A stretch of DNA of 64,000 bases from Lama guanicoe (taxonomy: Eukaryota), in contig MU054469.1 of NCBI GenBank assembly GCA_013239625.1, positions 15,735,513 through 15,799,512 on the forward strand, written 5' to 3'. A program made the translations under genes and the position numbers. Below are positions 51,051 to 64,000 of the stretch, in pieces. Under the pieces are notes generated by a model. The model was not told where the DNA came from, ran no database searches, and saw only the letters and a program-made list of their open reading frames with translations. Position 1 is the stretch's first letter, and every line of letters starts with the position of its first letter.

Positions 51051-54000
51051 TTGATCATTTTTCTATATTTATACATTAAAAAAATATCTGTGGAATGTAT
51101 CCAAACATGTTAGCACATCTATTGAGTACATTCTAACTGGTAGGCATCGTGCTGAATGGGGCATAAGATGAAAAAAAAGTTTCTGTCCCCAAGTAACTTA
51201 CAGGGTGTTTGGGAGAGATGACATATTTTACTAGCACTGTGGAGGGAAGTAGGACTTGGAGCGAAAATGGGAATTATGTTTGTGGGAAGAGGGAGGGCAT
51301 GGCTTTTCCCTCATTTGAATGAATGATTGGGAGCTCTCTGAAAACTTTCTGCTTTCTTGGGTAGGATACCAAGTTGAAAACAGATCGACATTCAGTTATG
51401 CCAGGTCTGAGATGAAAGCAATCAGAGGAACCTACCCTATATTTTTAAATTTGTTTGGTGTTTTCAAAGCAAAGTCATTAGTCCTTTCTGAAGACCTTGC
51501 ATTTCAGAGGTATTTTGAGACTTTGTAATTACTGTGATTTTCAAAATGACTTGAAGTCAAGTCTTTATTATTTATCTAGTAAAATGTTCAATTAAAAACC
51601 ATTTAGATTGAACTTTGACGTGCATACAGTACTTCTAGTTGAATAAGTGAATAAGTGAATGTCCTGGGAATTAAGTTCCAACAAAAATAAATTTTGCCAG
51701 TATAGAAAGAACTCAGGGGAGTGGGGAAACAGTAGTTTCCTGTCTTACTGCTATCTTTCTATGACCTTTTTTTTTGTTTTAATTCTAGGAAGAGATCATG
51801 CTTTCAGAGTTAATGTTAAGATTTTCTTCTTTCCTTAGGAGCCCTGGAGGTGAGAGGGGGGAATTGGAAAGGGTGAAGAAGGGGTATGGGGATAAAGTAT
51901 TAGAAGTACAAAGCAATTAGAGTCAGGCGTGCTGTCAAAAATTGTCAAATGAGAAGATTAAATTTTAATTGCAAATTTTAAGAACCCATATTCCAATAAT
52001 ACAAATAATTAAGGAGAGTAGGGGCCAATGAGCAAAGCTGGAAGCAAGCAAAGTTTAATGTAGCTAGATGTGTCCTTGTTGGAGAGCTCTTTATATGTGA
52101 CGTTGACATCCTGTGATATGATTTCCTTGCAATTCTTTGATTGGTCTGAAGAAGTAGTAGCTCCTTTGGAACTGCTGACACATTGGGCTATACAGAATTT
52201 ATAATAGAAAGAGTTCTGATATAAGAATCAGAAGATCTGTATTTTTGTTCTGACTTTACTGGATGATCTCTCCTGCCTGTCATTTACCTTCTGTATGCTC
52301 TCATTTTCTGTTGTGAAATGAGGATGTCACATAGGTTCATGAAAAGTTTATTGTGGAAATCAAATACCTAATGCATAGGGTTATTGACAGGAACAAGAGA
52401 GTTAAAGGATGTGGAAACCCTATAAAGTGCTATAAGAGTGTTAGACATTATCATTATAATTATAGTGACCTATTTTCCAAACCCAAACTGGACCACATGG
52501 TATGAGAGAGGATTTTTGTGCCACTTCCAAGGGTGAGAGGCAGTCTGCAAAATGTGATTTGGATGCCAGAGTATTGACATTTCTGGCACATTTTGATGGT
52601 TTATGGTAACAGTGATAAAATATTTGAGATAGTGGCTGTTCAGTAAAATTTATGATGTGTGATCACTGTAATTATGATACTTCTTTGCAAAAGGTATTTT
52701 ATTTCTTGTATAAGTAGAAGCTCTTCAATTTCACAGAATTTTAGAGCTGGGAGGGGCTTTCAGAGACTCTACTTCGGTTTCTTGCTCTAAGTCTACAGGA
52801 GACAATCTGGGTGAAGATTTGGGGGGAAGCAAATTTTACAACTTCCCTTAGTACAATGGCTGGTCCTATTATTGAACATTCTTATCTCAAAAATCTCTCT
52901 GCATTTTAACTCTTATCACCTTTATTTTCTGGTAGAAAAACTTGAAAACCCTTATGGGCTATAAACATTAAATTCACTTCTTCTAAAATGTATTATGTTT
53001 CTTGGATGGTAACTGGAAAAACCCATTTCATTTCTTTTGGTTTAGCACTGTTAACAAGCCCATATAATGTCTAGCATCCAATTCTATCTAGAAATGACAA
53101 ATTTTGAATTATTAATTCCTTGGGGTTCTTTGATTTCTTAACAATAAGGTATAAGACAGAGGTAATAGTCTATTTCTTGTAGTTATACAAGAAACTTTTG
53201 TGTTTGTTTTCTCTTTCATCTTGTTCCTCTTTTTATGAAAGGTTTGGGATTTATGGCTCAAGATTTTATAAGCCTTTTGTTTTCTGCTTTTGCTGTCATA
53301 CATCAAAACATTAAGGTGTTTATTTTTATTTTCAGTGACAAGAAAGGGAATGTTTTAGAGTTTATTTTCACTGACATTTATACTAACTCAAAAATCATGG
53401 AATAGATCAAGTTCATATTGATTGTTCTGTGAAGCCGCTGAGTTTTCAGCACAAACCATAAACCAAGTGATGCAGTTATGATGCCCAAATAATATGAATT
53501 TGGTGTTAATAATCCAGTTGAGGTTTCAGTTTTTACCCAAATGTCTGAAACTTCTGGATCCCATCCCTGAGATTGGTTCTGAAAGGCTGAATGGATTTGC
53601 AGCTGGACTAAAACAAACAAATCTATATCCTTGGCTGGGAGGTTGCTCCATGAATTATGCATCTGTAGCCTTTGTGTCACTTCAGAGGTTAGACAGAACC
53701 AGTGAGAGAGGCGCCTAAGATACAAATGGTCTAGAAAATTAGATACGATGGCCAGGAGTTACTATGCAAAAGATTTTCTGTCTTTGGCACATTCCTCTTA
53801 CAGATTGAGGCAAATAGTATACAGACCAATATGATGACTTGAACCTGGCTTTTAACACTGTTTCGAATTGGTTTTTTGATGCAAGGTGTAATCCTTATCC
53901 TTGGAGATTGCTGCTGCCAGACCACTGATAGAGGACCTTGATTTGTGAGCTTAAGGACTGTCATTCTCCAGTCTAAGCACTCAGCTCAGTGTAAGAGATT

Positions 54001-54749
54001 GGATGTTAGGGGAGACTGACCATCATTAAAGGGATCTCTTTTGATTGAGTAGAGCAGCGTTTAGCCGAATCGTCCTCAGTGGTATTCCAGAAGTTGCCGA
54101 GCTTATTACACATATCGATCATATCATCTTTGTGCATTCATGAAAAGAATGTCTATTTAATGTGGACATGACCAGCCATCAGAGAGAATAAATGCCCCAC
54201 TAAAACTTGATATGGCTGACTGTTGGCCTTGTGGATGGTAGCACTGAATCAATCTGGCTAGATTTTTAAAAATTGCTTGTGCATTATAGTATCACAGATT
54301 GACCCATTTGGAGCTCTGAGCTCAAGTGGGTACTAAAGAAAAAAATAAAATAAAATCTGGCATCCTGTGGTAGTTTGAAATGCCTGGTTTGTTTTTGTGG
54401 AGTCAGTAGTGTAATATCTTTTTTTTATGCAACCCCTGATGAAATCTAAAGTCGTGAAATTCAAGAGAACATGGAACTCACACGTTGAGGCTGTGCACAC
54501 CCTGGTTTAGCCTGGGTGCTCTGTTTCAGGTATATAAATTCTATGTCCCAGTGTAATTCAGCAATGACAGCTTCTAGGGAGAATGAGAAAAGATTCTTTG
54601 AGCCACAGAGAAGGTTAGAATATATAGTTTTTCTAGCTTAGTCTAGGAAGCTCAGGCTGCCTTGCCAATAGAAGTGCCTTAAAAGAATTCATTCAACAAA
54701 CATTTATTAAGTCCCTACTCTATAACATAGGGTCCTTCTTTTAACTTAA

Positions 54750-55108
54750 AAATTTTTTCCCCAGATTTAAAGAGATGTCCTTGACACATAACATTGTGTA
54801 AGTTTAAGATGTACAATGTGTTGATTTGATACATTTATATATTATAAAACGATTACCAGCATCAGCTACCACCTCTATCCTGTCACATAGTTATCATTTC
54901 TTTTTTTGCAATGAGAAGACTTAGGATGGACTCTCTTAACAACATTCAAGTATATGATACAGCGTTGTTAGCTGTAGTCACTATATTATACATTAGATCC
55001 TGAAATTTGTTAATCTTATAACTGGAAGTTTATAGCCTTTGATCAATATCTCCCCATTTCCCCCACCCTCCAACCCCTGGTAACCACCACTCTACTCTCT
55101 GTTTCTCA
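54750..55108 (-). mobile_element. L1MA9/10-like 3' end
   Basis: ttgacacataacattgtgtaagtttaagatgtacaatgtgttgatttgatac...cttataactggaagtttatagcctttg...cccctggtaaccaccactctactctctgtttct. Confidence 0.8.
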
Positions 55109-55264
55109 GATAAAGATACTTTAATGCACTTACAAGCATTAAGATTTAGCAGTTGTTAAGTTCATTGAAAACAGTCATCTGACAGATTTAAATTTGTCCA
55201 ACTATACCCATTATTTCCACAGCTTGATATCTATAAGAACAACAATGATCATACCTTACAATTA

Positions 55265-55613
55265 TACAGTTATTCCTCCACTATCCATGGGGGAGTAGTT
55301 CCAGGACACCTCTCCTCCAATACTAAAATCCCCAAATCCAAGGATGCTCAAGTCCCTTACGTAAAAGGTGTAGTATTTTCATTATAACCTATGCACATCC
55401 TCCTGAATCCTTTACTCATCTCCAGATTATTTATAATAACTGATACAATGTAAATGCTAGGTAAATAGTTGTAAATACAGTATAAATGCTATGTAAATAG
55501 TTGTTTGCGTGGCAAAGTCAAGTTTTGATTTTTGGAACTTTCTGAAATTTTTTTACTAAATACTTTCCATAAATCTGCAGATGCAGAACCCGCAGATATG
55601 GAGGCCTGACTGT
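55265..55613 (+). mobile_element. MER2/MER2B-like element
   Basis: tacagttattcctccactatccatggggg...ggatgctcaagtcccttac...gatgcagaacccgcagatatggaggcctgactgta (TA-flanked inverted ends). Confidence 0.8.
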
Positions 55614-56336
55614 AAACTGATTTATAGTTCATAGAGTATTTTTATGTGTTATCCAAAACCTGGACTGGCTAGTAACCTTGAAGTTATTTGGTACTTTTAT
55701 GTTACTTGTCAGAAGACAATCATAGTGACCTTTGATTTCATGGGGAAAGAATCTGTCACTAATGGAATTCATAAAGCAAATTAGGCTTCGATTTTTAAAG
55801 AATACTGTTATAAAAGGGAAAATCAACAAAGGAAACCCTTGTGGCCTATTCACCTTTCTGGATGGTAGTGGTTGACAATTGAGAAATTAATTCTTTGCTG
55901 AGATTTTGCTTTATGTGATATAAAAGTCATGTTAAGAAACACCACCTGAATTAGGAAGCAATTCTAATTTAAATTAATCTGAGTCACAAAATGGTCGATT
56001 GTTTTCAGTTTCAAATCTTTTCTTAGCTCTGTTTGTGCTTTACCTTTCAATATTTTTGTGTTAGTATGGGATATAGTCTTTGCAGAAGAATATGCCAAAA
56101 TATGACTTCCTATTCGTAAGCAAAACTGATAAATACCTTTTTTCTTATTATCTCTAAATTGCAAATGTCTGAAAGCCCGTCATAATTGGATGCGTCATCC
56201 TGAGATTTAAATGCATGACAATTTTTGAACGTGTTTTGAAAAATGAACACGACTCTAAGGGAGGTACGGCAGGGCTGGCAGTGAACGGGTAGTGCAAACA
56301 GAATTTGATTTATGCATTCCTTTCAAATAGTTATTG

Positions 56337-56635
56337 NNNNNNNNNNNNNNNNNNNNNNNNNNNNNNNNNNNNNNNNNNNNNNNNNNNNNNNNNNNNNNNN
56401 NNNNNNNNNNNNNNNNNNNNNNNNNNNNNNNNNNNNNNNNNNNNNNNNNNNNNNNNNNNNNNNNNNNNNNNNNNNNNNNNNNNNNNNNNNNNNNNNNNNN
56501 NNNNNNNNNNNNNNNNNNNNNNNNNNNNNNNNNNNNNNNNNNNNNNNNNNNNNNNNNNNNNNNNNNNNNNNNNNNNNNNNNNNNNNNNNNNNNNNNNNNN
56601 NNNNNNNNNNNNNNNNNNNNNNNNNNNNNNNNNNN
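56337..56635 (+). CDS. SOBP: Inferred position of SOBP exon 2 (hidden in an N block; not readable)
   Basis: Positional inference only. This 299-nt N block lies ~12.6 kb after the exon 1 region and ~1.7 kb before exon 3, fitting my recollection of a long intron 1 and short intron 2. The exon 2 peptide is not visible elsewhere. Confidence 0.4.
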
Positions 56636-58305
56636 TGTAGTGTTTTCCCATAAGCAGTATTCCACGGAATATAAAAGCACAACATAAAACAAAAATAGAC
56701 ACAGCTTAATCTTTCAGCAACGGGAGAGCCAGCTAGACAAGGACTAGGGATCTTAAGCGCTGTGGTCCTGCCCACAAACTTATGGAAAGGGACCATATTT
56801 ACTAACTTCTCCTAGTTTCCCAAGCCCTTTGATTTATCAATTGTTGAGGACTGGTGCTTTCTGTTAAGTGAAATGTTAGGGTTAGATTTTCAGACTGTAG
56901 GAGAGAACCATTGTCCTTTTGGTAATTTCTTCCCCCCCACCCCTCTTTTGGTAGGAATTCTAAAGGAAAGTCCTATTTTTGTTTTATGTTTGAAGTTTTC
57001 ACCCTTCTCTCGTCCCCACAGCCTTGGATAGTGTAAGGAGAGTAAGAAAGTGGTAGAGTAAGAAAGAAATTCTATAAGAATTTTCATCAAAGCCCAACCA
57101 AAGAGTAGAAATTAGCGGTTTGGCAGAGCTGAATCAACACTGATTCTGCTGGTGAGTAGCACTGCCAGATATGTCATGAGGGAAACCTAGAACCATTGGT
57201 GGGGATTGATATGGATACTGAATTTATGAAGCTAAATTTGGATCAAGGGTTTGTTTGTCAAAGAAAAGGAGTATATGAGGAAGCAACCCATTTGGGGAAC
57301 TTTAATAAAATGTGGGTAAAACTAATTGTGTGTCATCACTGGCAATTTGATCAGTATTTGTATTGCGTTCAGAATCTATTGGCGTAAACTACTTGTTCAT
57401 GCATTTTATTTTCAGTCTCTAAGATAGCGCTTTTCCTTCTTATGTACCAAGCAACGAAATCTAAATGAGCTGTCCTGCAGGCATGTGGAATTGAACGTAC
57501 GTGACAAATTTTATGTTAAGTTTGCTATGAAATTGTACACATCATGTTACAGAGATAGTATCATCAATTTCACTGTAAATGAAAAATGCAAGTCATGAGT
57601 TTATATCCCATAAACTAATCGCTCATATAATACTTGGTCTAGGTAAAAATCTTTGCCTCTGGGGAACATGGGAGAGTACCAGGATATGCTACTGGAGGGA
57701 AAAAGTTGTTTTCCATGTTGAGTTTTTTTTTTTTTTAATTCACATGAAAGGATAAAATTCATTATGTTTTCTTTATTACCATTTTTGTTAATTTTTAATG
57801 GGTATTAATGGGTTAAATTAATCGGTCTATCCTGTGAAACAACAGGGTTTTTCCCCTCTAATTATTGGCTTCTTTCTCACTGGTTCTTTTGATTATATTA
57901 TCACCCAAGTTTGTAATATAGTGGGACATAGTTACAGTACTGGGTTGGGGGTGCTTTTTAACCTTCTCCCCTGGTAGCCAGAGAGCGATACCTGCTATGT
58001 ATCATTTTGTACATGGAAAAGGTTAATTGCCTCTCAATTTTCTATGGGCTTTTACAGTGCTAAAATTCATCACCACGATACAGTTGGGATATTAGCTATC
58101 ATAGTGGAGCAAATTATAAAGGAGCCCATTGGAAATTTATGGTAACACGCCTGAAAAGGTCCAGAATGGTCTGTGGAGTTCTGGTAAAGTGTTTAAAGAT
58201 TTGCAAGAAAACATTTTTATTCCATAGCCATTTTACTTGAGAAAATGTGGTTATAAGGAAAATAAGTCCTTTTGTCATATTGAATGTAATTTTTTTCTTT
58301 TACAG

Positions 58306-58491
58306 AAAATTCTTTGCCAAAACCAAAATTACCTGAGGACAGTGTTATCTCACCATACAATATAAGCACAGGCTATTCAGGGCTTGCCACAGGAAATGGA
58401 CTCAGTGACTCACCCGCAGGGTCAAAGGATCATGGCAATGTGCCCATTATTGTACCTTTAATTCCGCCACCTTTCATAAAGCCTCCGGCAG
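58306..58491 (+). CDS. SOBP: Sine oculis-binding protein homolog, internal coding exon (exon 3)
   Basis: Polypyrimidine tract and acceptor ttttttcttttacag|AAAAT; donor GCAG|gtaagt; 186 nt, phase 1-1. The peptide (E)[61 protein letters not shown] matches SOBP. Confidence 0.95.
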
Positions 58492-59884
58492 GTAAGTCAC
58501 TACTGGGGCTTCCCATGATAACGACTTACAGAAAATTGTTTTAACCAACCTATGATAATTATTAAATGTTCAAGTTAATTTTGGAAAAGACTATTTTAAG
58601 GGACTTTGTAGATAAGAAATATTAGTGCCTGTATTATTTAAAATAGTATTGTTTTTTAAACAAATTCCCCAATCTACAACTGCTTAGGCTGTCAGTTTTC
58701 AGCTGACAATAAACTTTTCCTATCCCTGGCTATAAAAAAAATATTTTCCTTCTCTGAAATCATGTTTAAAGTTAAAAAAGGATGAACTAATTTAAAAAAT
58801 AAAATATAGACTGGCTGGTTAGCAAGAACAAAAGTAACCATGGTTGAGCCGGGTAGTGGTACAGTGGGGACCACGTCTCCTCTGTGAATTTTCTGAAGGA
58901 TGGGGCAGTTTGTAAAGCATGTATGGCAGGCTTGTTCCTCAGTGTGCCTTCTTCTAAATCCACTTAAGAAGCAACCTGGGTTAGCCATCTCTGCTACAGA
59001 GTTCTTTTTAATTCCTGGAAAGCTCTCTTTGAGAGCTTAAAAAAAAAGTGGAGATCTGACTTTCACTTGCATGAAAATATAATCAGTGCTTTTATGTTTC
59101 CAGAAAATTAGATGGTGGTATATTAAGCTGGATGGCAGTGGGCTGAGCATGATGTGATATTGCAAGCTAGGTTACAGTTATGCTCCACACAGACAGAGGC
59201 GTTCAATAATATTGTATCTGGTTTGCTGTAAAGTGTTAGAATTATGCTAGAATGATTAATTGCTATACTGGTTATATTTCTGTATGTTGAACAATGATAA
59301 ATACTGCATTTTGATAGCAGTACTTATTGTAACTCACTAAAGGTAATGCTTGTTTTTTGTTTGGTTTTTTTTGTTTGCTTGTTTTTCTAGGGAAGATATG
59401 TGTTCGGTTACATTTCCGTAAACAATGAAGGTATTTGTAGATATAAATTCCTGGGCTTACGTTATAGATATATTTACCGTATCTTCTAAGTGTTACTAAC
59501 ATTTTCTTTCATGATATGGGCACATTCTCTTGCTTGCCTGCTACATTTTAGCAGTAAAAGTGTCCTTTCACACCGAGGTCCTCAGATATGTTATCAAAGT
59601 CCATTTACCTATCAAAATCATTTGTAATTGTGTTTGTCTACTAAATACTAACGTTATTTGTATATCATAAAAAGTTTGTCTTTCGAATGACATTATTCTC
59701 TTTTGGTTGATTATTTTGTGGTGCTGAGGGGCCCAAATTTATCTCCCAAAGGTCAAAGGACATATTTTGCATAGGACAACGGGAGAGAAGGGTGACTAAT
59801 TTTGTAAATGTAGGTTCCTGTTTGCATGTAGGTCCAGTGGCTTAGGTGAGTGAAGCTGATGATGAGGGTATCAATAAGGCAGAG

Positions 59885-60095
59885 TGACTAAGTAGAAAGA
59901 ACATGGGCTTCAGATTCAGACAGATTGGGTTCAAATCTGGGCTTTGTCATTTGCCAGCTCTGTGAATGTGGACAAGTTACGTAATTTCCCCGTCTGTAAA
60001 ATGGGGATCACAGTTTCACCTCATGGGATAATTGTAGCCACGAGATGAGAAAAAGCACTAGCATAGTGCCTGCCACACGAAGAGCATTTAGTAAA
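59885..60095 (+). mobile_element. MIR SINE
   Basis: gggttcaaatctgggctttgtcatttgccagctctgtgaatgtggacaagttac...ctgtaaaatgggg...gcatagtgcctgccacac. Confidence 0.8.
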
Positions 60096-60702
60096 CACCA
60101 TGCCTCTTTTTCTTTTTTCTTTTTTCAGTCCTTATTCTGCCCTAGAGTTATCATGCACATAATGTGTGCATAAAAAGGTATGCATCCAAATGCAAATTCC
60201 CCTCTAAGATTTATTTGAGCAGAGCAAACAGCTCTAGAAATTAGCATAGCTGAGNNNNNNNNNNNNNNNNNNNNNNNNNNNNNNNNNNNNNNNNNNNNNN
60301 NNNNNNNNNNNNNNNNNNNNNNNNNNNNNNNNNNNNNNNNNNNNNNNNNNNNNNNNNNNNNNNNNNNNNNNNNNNNNNNNNNNNNNAGAGGCCAAAAATT
60401 GAGCCTTGGAAGCCTTAGATGTAGGAACTCTGAGGAATTAGAAGCCAGAGTAACAACACCAGCGGTTTTATACTGTCTTCCATGGAACTCCAAGGTGCTC
60501 ATCTGTTGAAAGCAGAACATGGGGAAGGACGTGTTTAATTTTCTGTATCTGCTCTAAACCTTGACTTGGTCCTACTCCAGGGTTCTATATGACAAGACCA
60601 AGATACACAAAGTTTCTCTGCCTTCAAGGAGCTGACTCTGTTATTCCCTAAGCAAAAACTTAGAGGAGAGGTGAATTTTTGATTTAGTCATGTTATCTGG
60701 TG

Positions 60703-60921
60703 CAGTGGTCTGTAACCTTTTTCTGTAAAGGGCCAGATAGTATTTTAGGCTTTGGAACTATACCGTCTCTTTCATGACCACCGAGCTCTGCTGTGACAGC
60801 AGAAAAGCAGCTACAGATGATACGTAAACAAATGGGTGTGGCCGTGTTCTAATAAGACTTCATTTACAAAAAAAGGCAGTGGGCCTGGTTTGGCTCAGGG
60901 ACCATAGCTTGCTGACCCTGG
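60703..60921 (+). mobile_element. MER58A-like (hAT-Charlie)
   Basis: cagtggtctgtaacctttttctgtaaagggccagatagtattttaggc...gggtgtggccgtgttctaataagacttcatttacaaaa...gcttgctgaccctg. Confidence 0.8.
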
Positions 60922-61679
60922 CATTAGGGTAAGATTGGCAAAAGTCTCGTGGTAACAGGAAGGTGAATAGAGTTTCTAAAAGTCAGGCCGTGAGCTTTGC
61001 CAGGGTGCTCTGTGTAATATCAAAAGGAAGGGACAGTGACAGAGCAGAAAAATAGCAGTTTCCAGGGTGTGTGGTGGGCTCCGGCACATAATAGATACTC
61101 TATCAGTGTTTGTTGAATAAATGAATGAATGATATTCAAGTTCCTCTTGCGCATGCATAATAAGATAGTACGGGCTGCTTTGTTTTTCTCTGAGAAAATG
61201 CTAAGATCATGTTTGAATTAGTTCCAACCTGTCTGACCTTGACCATAGCCTTCCTGACAGTGAGGTATTTATCCATAGATAAGTATAAAGTCTACACTTT
61301 GTTCAAAAATTTCCCACTAGTTAATCATTTCAGTTCTTCCTTTCGCTAAAACCTTTCCCCGAATTGTTATTCAAGGTAATCGAGTTGAGGGATGCTCACT
61401 GTCACTTTTCTAGCCATATATAGGTTAACGTGGCGTTCCTGTGGGACACTAATAAATGATACAATGACGAGGAGCAAAAGGTCCCTTGATAATCAGCCCC
61501 TGAATAATTAAGAGTTGACTGTATCCTGCACGTGTCCACCTCTTGGGATAGGGGAGATGAGGATTGTATGTATGCTTTGGATTCCTGGGAAGAAAATAAT
61601 GATTAGCGTTTAACTTGTTCCTGTTGTACTATAAACCTATTAGCTATGTGAAAATGCAAATAATACCTTATGCCTGTAT

Positions 61680-61882
61680 CAAACCCTGTACAGTTTACGA
61701 AACTCATTCAAATTTATTATTTTATTTAATTTGATCTTAACAATAACCCTGGTAAATAGCATTTTAGGTATCATTAAATAAAGAACTGAAGCTCAAATAG
61801 GTTAAAAAGCTTTCTCAAGGTCAGGTGGCTTCTAAACACCTGAGTCAAGACTAGCAGTAAGGTCTTCTGACTCCCAATCCAA
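61680..61882 (-). mobile_element. MIR SINE (degenerate)
   Basis: tttgatcttaacaataaccctg...actgaagctcaaataggttaaaaagctttctcaaggtca...aggtcttctgactccc. Confidence 0.6.
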
Positions 61883-64000
61883 TATAAAGTTGCCTTTTCA
61901 GTGTATTTATACAATACCTCCTTGGACCGTATCCGAGTAAGAAGACTTATTAATCTGCTTCTTCAGAGTCCCTAGTGACAGGGGATACAACTTGTTCCTT
62001 CACAGGGTTGTTTTCCCCAAATCCACATCTTTTGAGAGACTTGCTAAGTTCTCTGAGTCTGAGCATCTGTGGTTCTGTGAACCTGGATGACCTAGTAGGC
62101 GTAAAACCCCAGCTTGGTTTTAAGGTCTTGCCATCATGAGGCGAGTTGCTTCTGCTCCGAGGTACCAGAGAGCTCCGTCTGGTCAGACACTAGCTCCAGA
62201 GAGTGTTTCATGTGCTCAGGCGGGCTCACCACTGGATCCCATCCATGTCTGGCAGCCAGTGGGCCCAGTGGAATACTCGTGATCGGGAACACGGTGATAC
62301 CACACTCTCTTGGATTTCCACTCTCCTTTTGCACAGCTGCAGACAGAAGTGTGGGTGTAGCTTATTCCCGGGCCTGGGGAGCTGCTTGTCTCTCCCCGCG
62401 CCCCTTTCCTTCCGAGAATGGGAACTCCTTGGGCTTTGGTGATTACCACAAGCACTGACCCTGCTTTGGCTACATGTTTCAATCCAATTTCATCTGATTT
62501 CCGAGGCTAAGCCGTCCTTCCCCCCTCAGAGACAGAAGCTGGCCCTTGGTGTAGGGTTTGTGACATCACAGTCGTTACTATGGTAATAGACTTGCTATAA
62601 ACACAGAATAATAGCCCTGCTTTTACTTTTGTTTTCTCTCCAAGCAGTGAAGGGAATCACCATGCTTCTTAAGTAAGAATTACAGACTTTCCTACAGACT
62701 CGAGAAGTGTACAGAATAAGGTTTTGCTGTGCAGACTCGCCATTTAAAAAAATGTTATAAGAATCATATTAGAAAATAATAGAAAATATCAACCAACTCT
62801 CTTTTTTTAATGCCAATATTCCTTTATCCTTTAAGTCAGAATGAATATGAAAATCTCCTTCTTTGCTAATTTAAAAAACCACAGCATAAGCATGGTCTGA
62901 AGTGGCAGAATATGTATCAGCAAGAGTTTTGAGAGATAACTCAGGTTAATTACACTGTAACCTTGCTGTCATTCTTCTCATATTAGAGATTTTAATATGG
63001 GTTCAACCCTTTGGGACTGCATTCAAAGAGAGTTGTGCCGGTAAAGGACTTTCAGCATGGATGGTAAGAACTGTACAATAATGAGTCTCCATCAAAATGC
63101 TTACGCCTGCTCTGCTCCCCTACAAGTCTGACTATTGAAGTAAAGCCATTCAAAATGAATTTTAAATGGATTTTTTAAAACAAAGATCTTATATTGGTCT
63201 TTATTGCTTTACAAGTGTAATAACATCTAGCTCCATTTATCAGACATCAGTCCTCTGTAGTGGTTGGGTAAGCTTGGGTCTCCCCAGCCTTGCCTACCTC
63301 TGGCTAAAGCAACCAGCTGGGACTTTTGAACCAGGATTTTTTATCTCCTAGTCTCAGACTTGTTCCATAAACAACATTTTGCTCTCCAAACTTAAAAAAG
63401 TCAGTAAAACTGTTAGCGTAATTGTTTTTATTCATAAGGTAAAGACGAAATCCAGTGACTTAGCTAGAGAAAGTTTCACTGAGCCTGGCTGCAGAAAACA
63501 CTGTGTATCTAGGAAATGATATTTTAGATCTGAGTCTTTTGACAGGCTTTTTCAGAGGCTTACAACTTGCCTATTACAAGTCCACAAACCCTCTAAATCC
63601 CTGAATACTTTAAAATAAAATGAAACATGAAAAACGGAGTGAATATACTTCTCTGGATGCATTTATATGGCAGTTTTGAAGAAAATGTCTTTTACCTCAA
63701 ATAATAAGTGACCTTATTCTCATTCTCTCGTGTGTTCCCACGTGTGAGGTGAAAGGTAGAGTCCACACACACAGCGCACACAGGTTTGTGTGGAGGGACA
63801 TGAGATTAAGCTCCTAAGACCAGCTTGATTTCCTGTGTACAGAAAAGTCTTGCCTTTCTTGGAAAACAATGACCATTTCCTGTCTTCCAGGATGGTTTGC
63901 TTTCAGCGAGCGTTCCAACTTCGTGTTCAGTCATAGTCATGGAAATATGATATATTTTTTCAGGCAAATCTTTAAATTCTTAAGGGGTTATAGGAACTGG

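Noticed and set aside
45350-56796. ORFs of 110-199 aa spanning N blocks
   Set aside because: Mostly X residues; artefacts of translating Ns.
1-64000. CRISPR arrays, operons or prokaryotic defence-type systems
   Set aside because: No regularly spaced direct repeats or compact gene clusters; the window is eutherian intronic and intergenic DNA.

Overview
This is mammalian genomic DNA, most likely from a camelid: it carries three Vic-1-like tRNA-derived SINEs and a young artiodactyl-type L1. It covers the head-to-head PDSS2 / SOBP interval, syntenic with human 6q21. PDSS2 coding exon 1 lies on the minus strand (13886-13591) in a CpG-island promoter, and bases 1-13590 are its intron 1. About 27 kb of transposon-dense intergenic DNA follows. 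SOBP is on the plus strand, with a large CpG island (~41050-44710), a GC-rich 5' leader and a clearly readable exon 3 (58306-58491). SOBP coding exons 1 and 2 are not readable and appear to fall inside N blocks. Nearly all other ORFs in the track are chance ORFs, repeat-derived, or N read-through artefacts. I find no evidence for a new multi-gene system. The most notable observations are: (i) a perfect 58-bp inverted copy of nearby downstream DNA inside the 3' end of a young TSD-flanked L1; (ii) upstream ATGs around a CGG repeat in the SOBP leader, giving a possible poly-Ala N-terminal extension and a poly-Gly uORF; (iii) a TISU/YY1-type ATG heading a 5-codon uORF in the PDSS2 leader; (iv) a perfect 16-bp-stem hairpin in PDSS2 intron 1. 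Repeat family names are by eye from remembered consensus sequences, and their boundaries are approximate.
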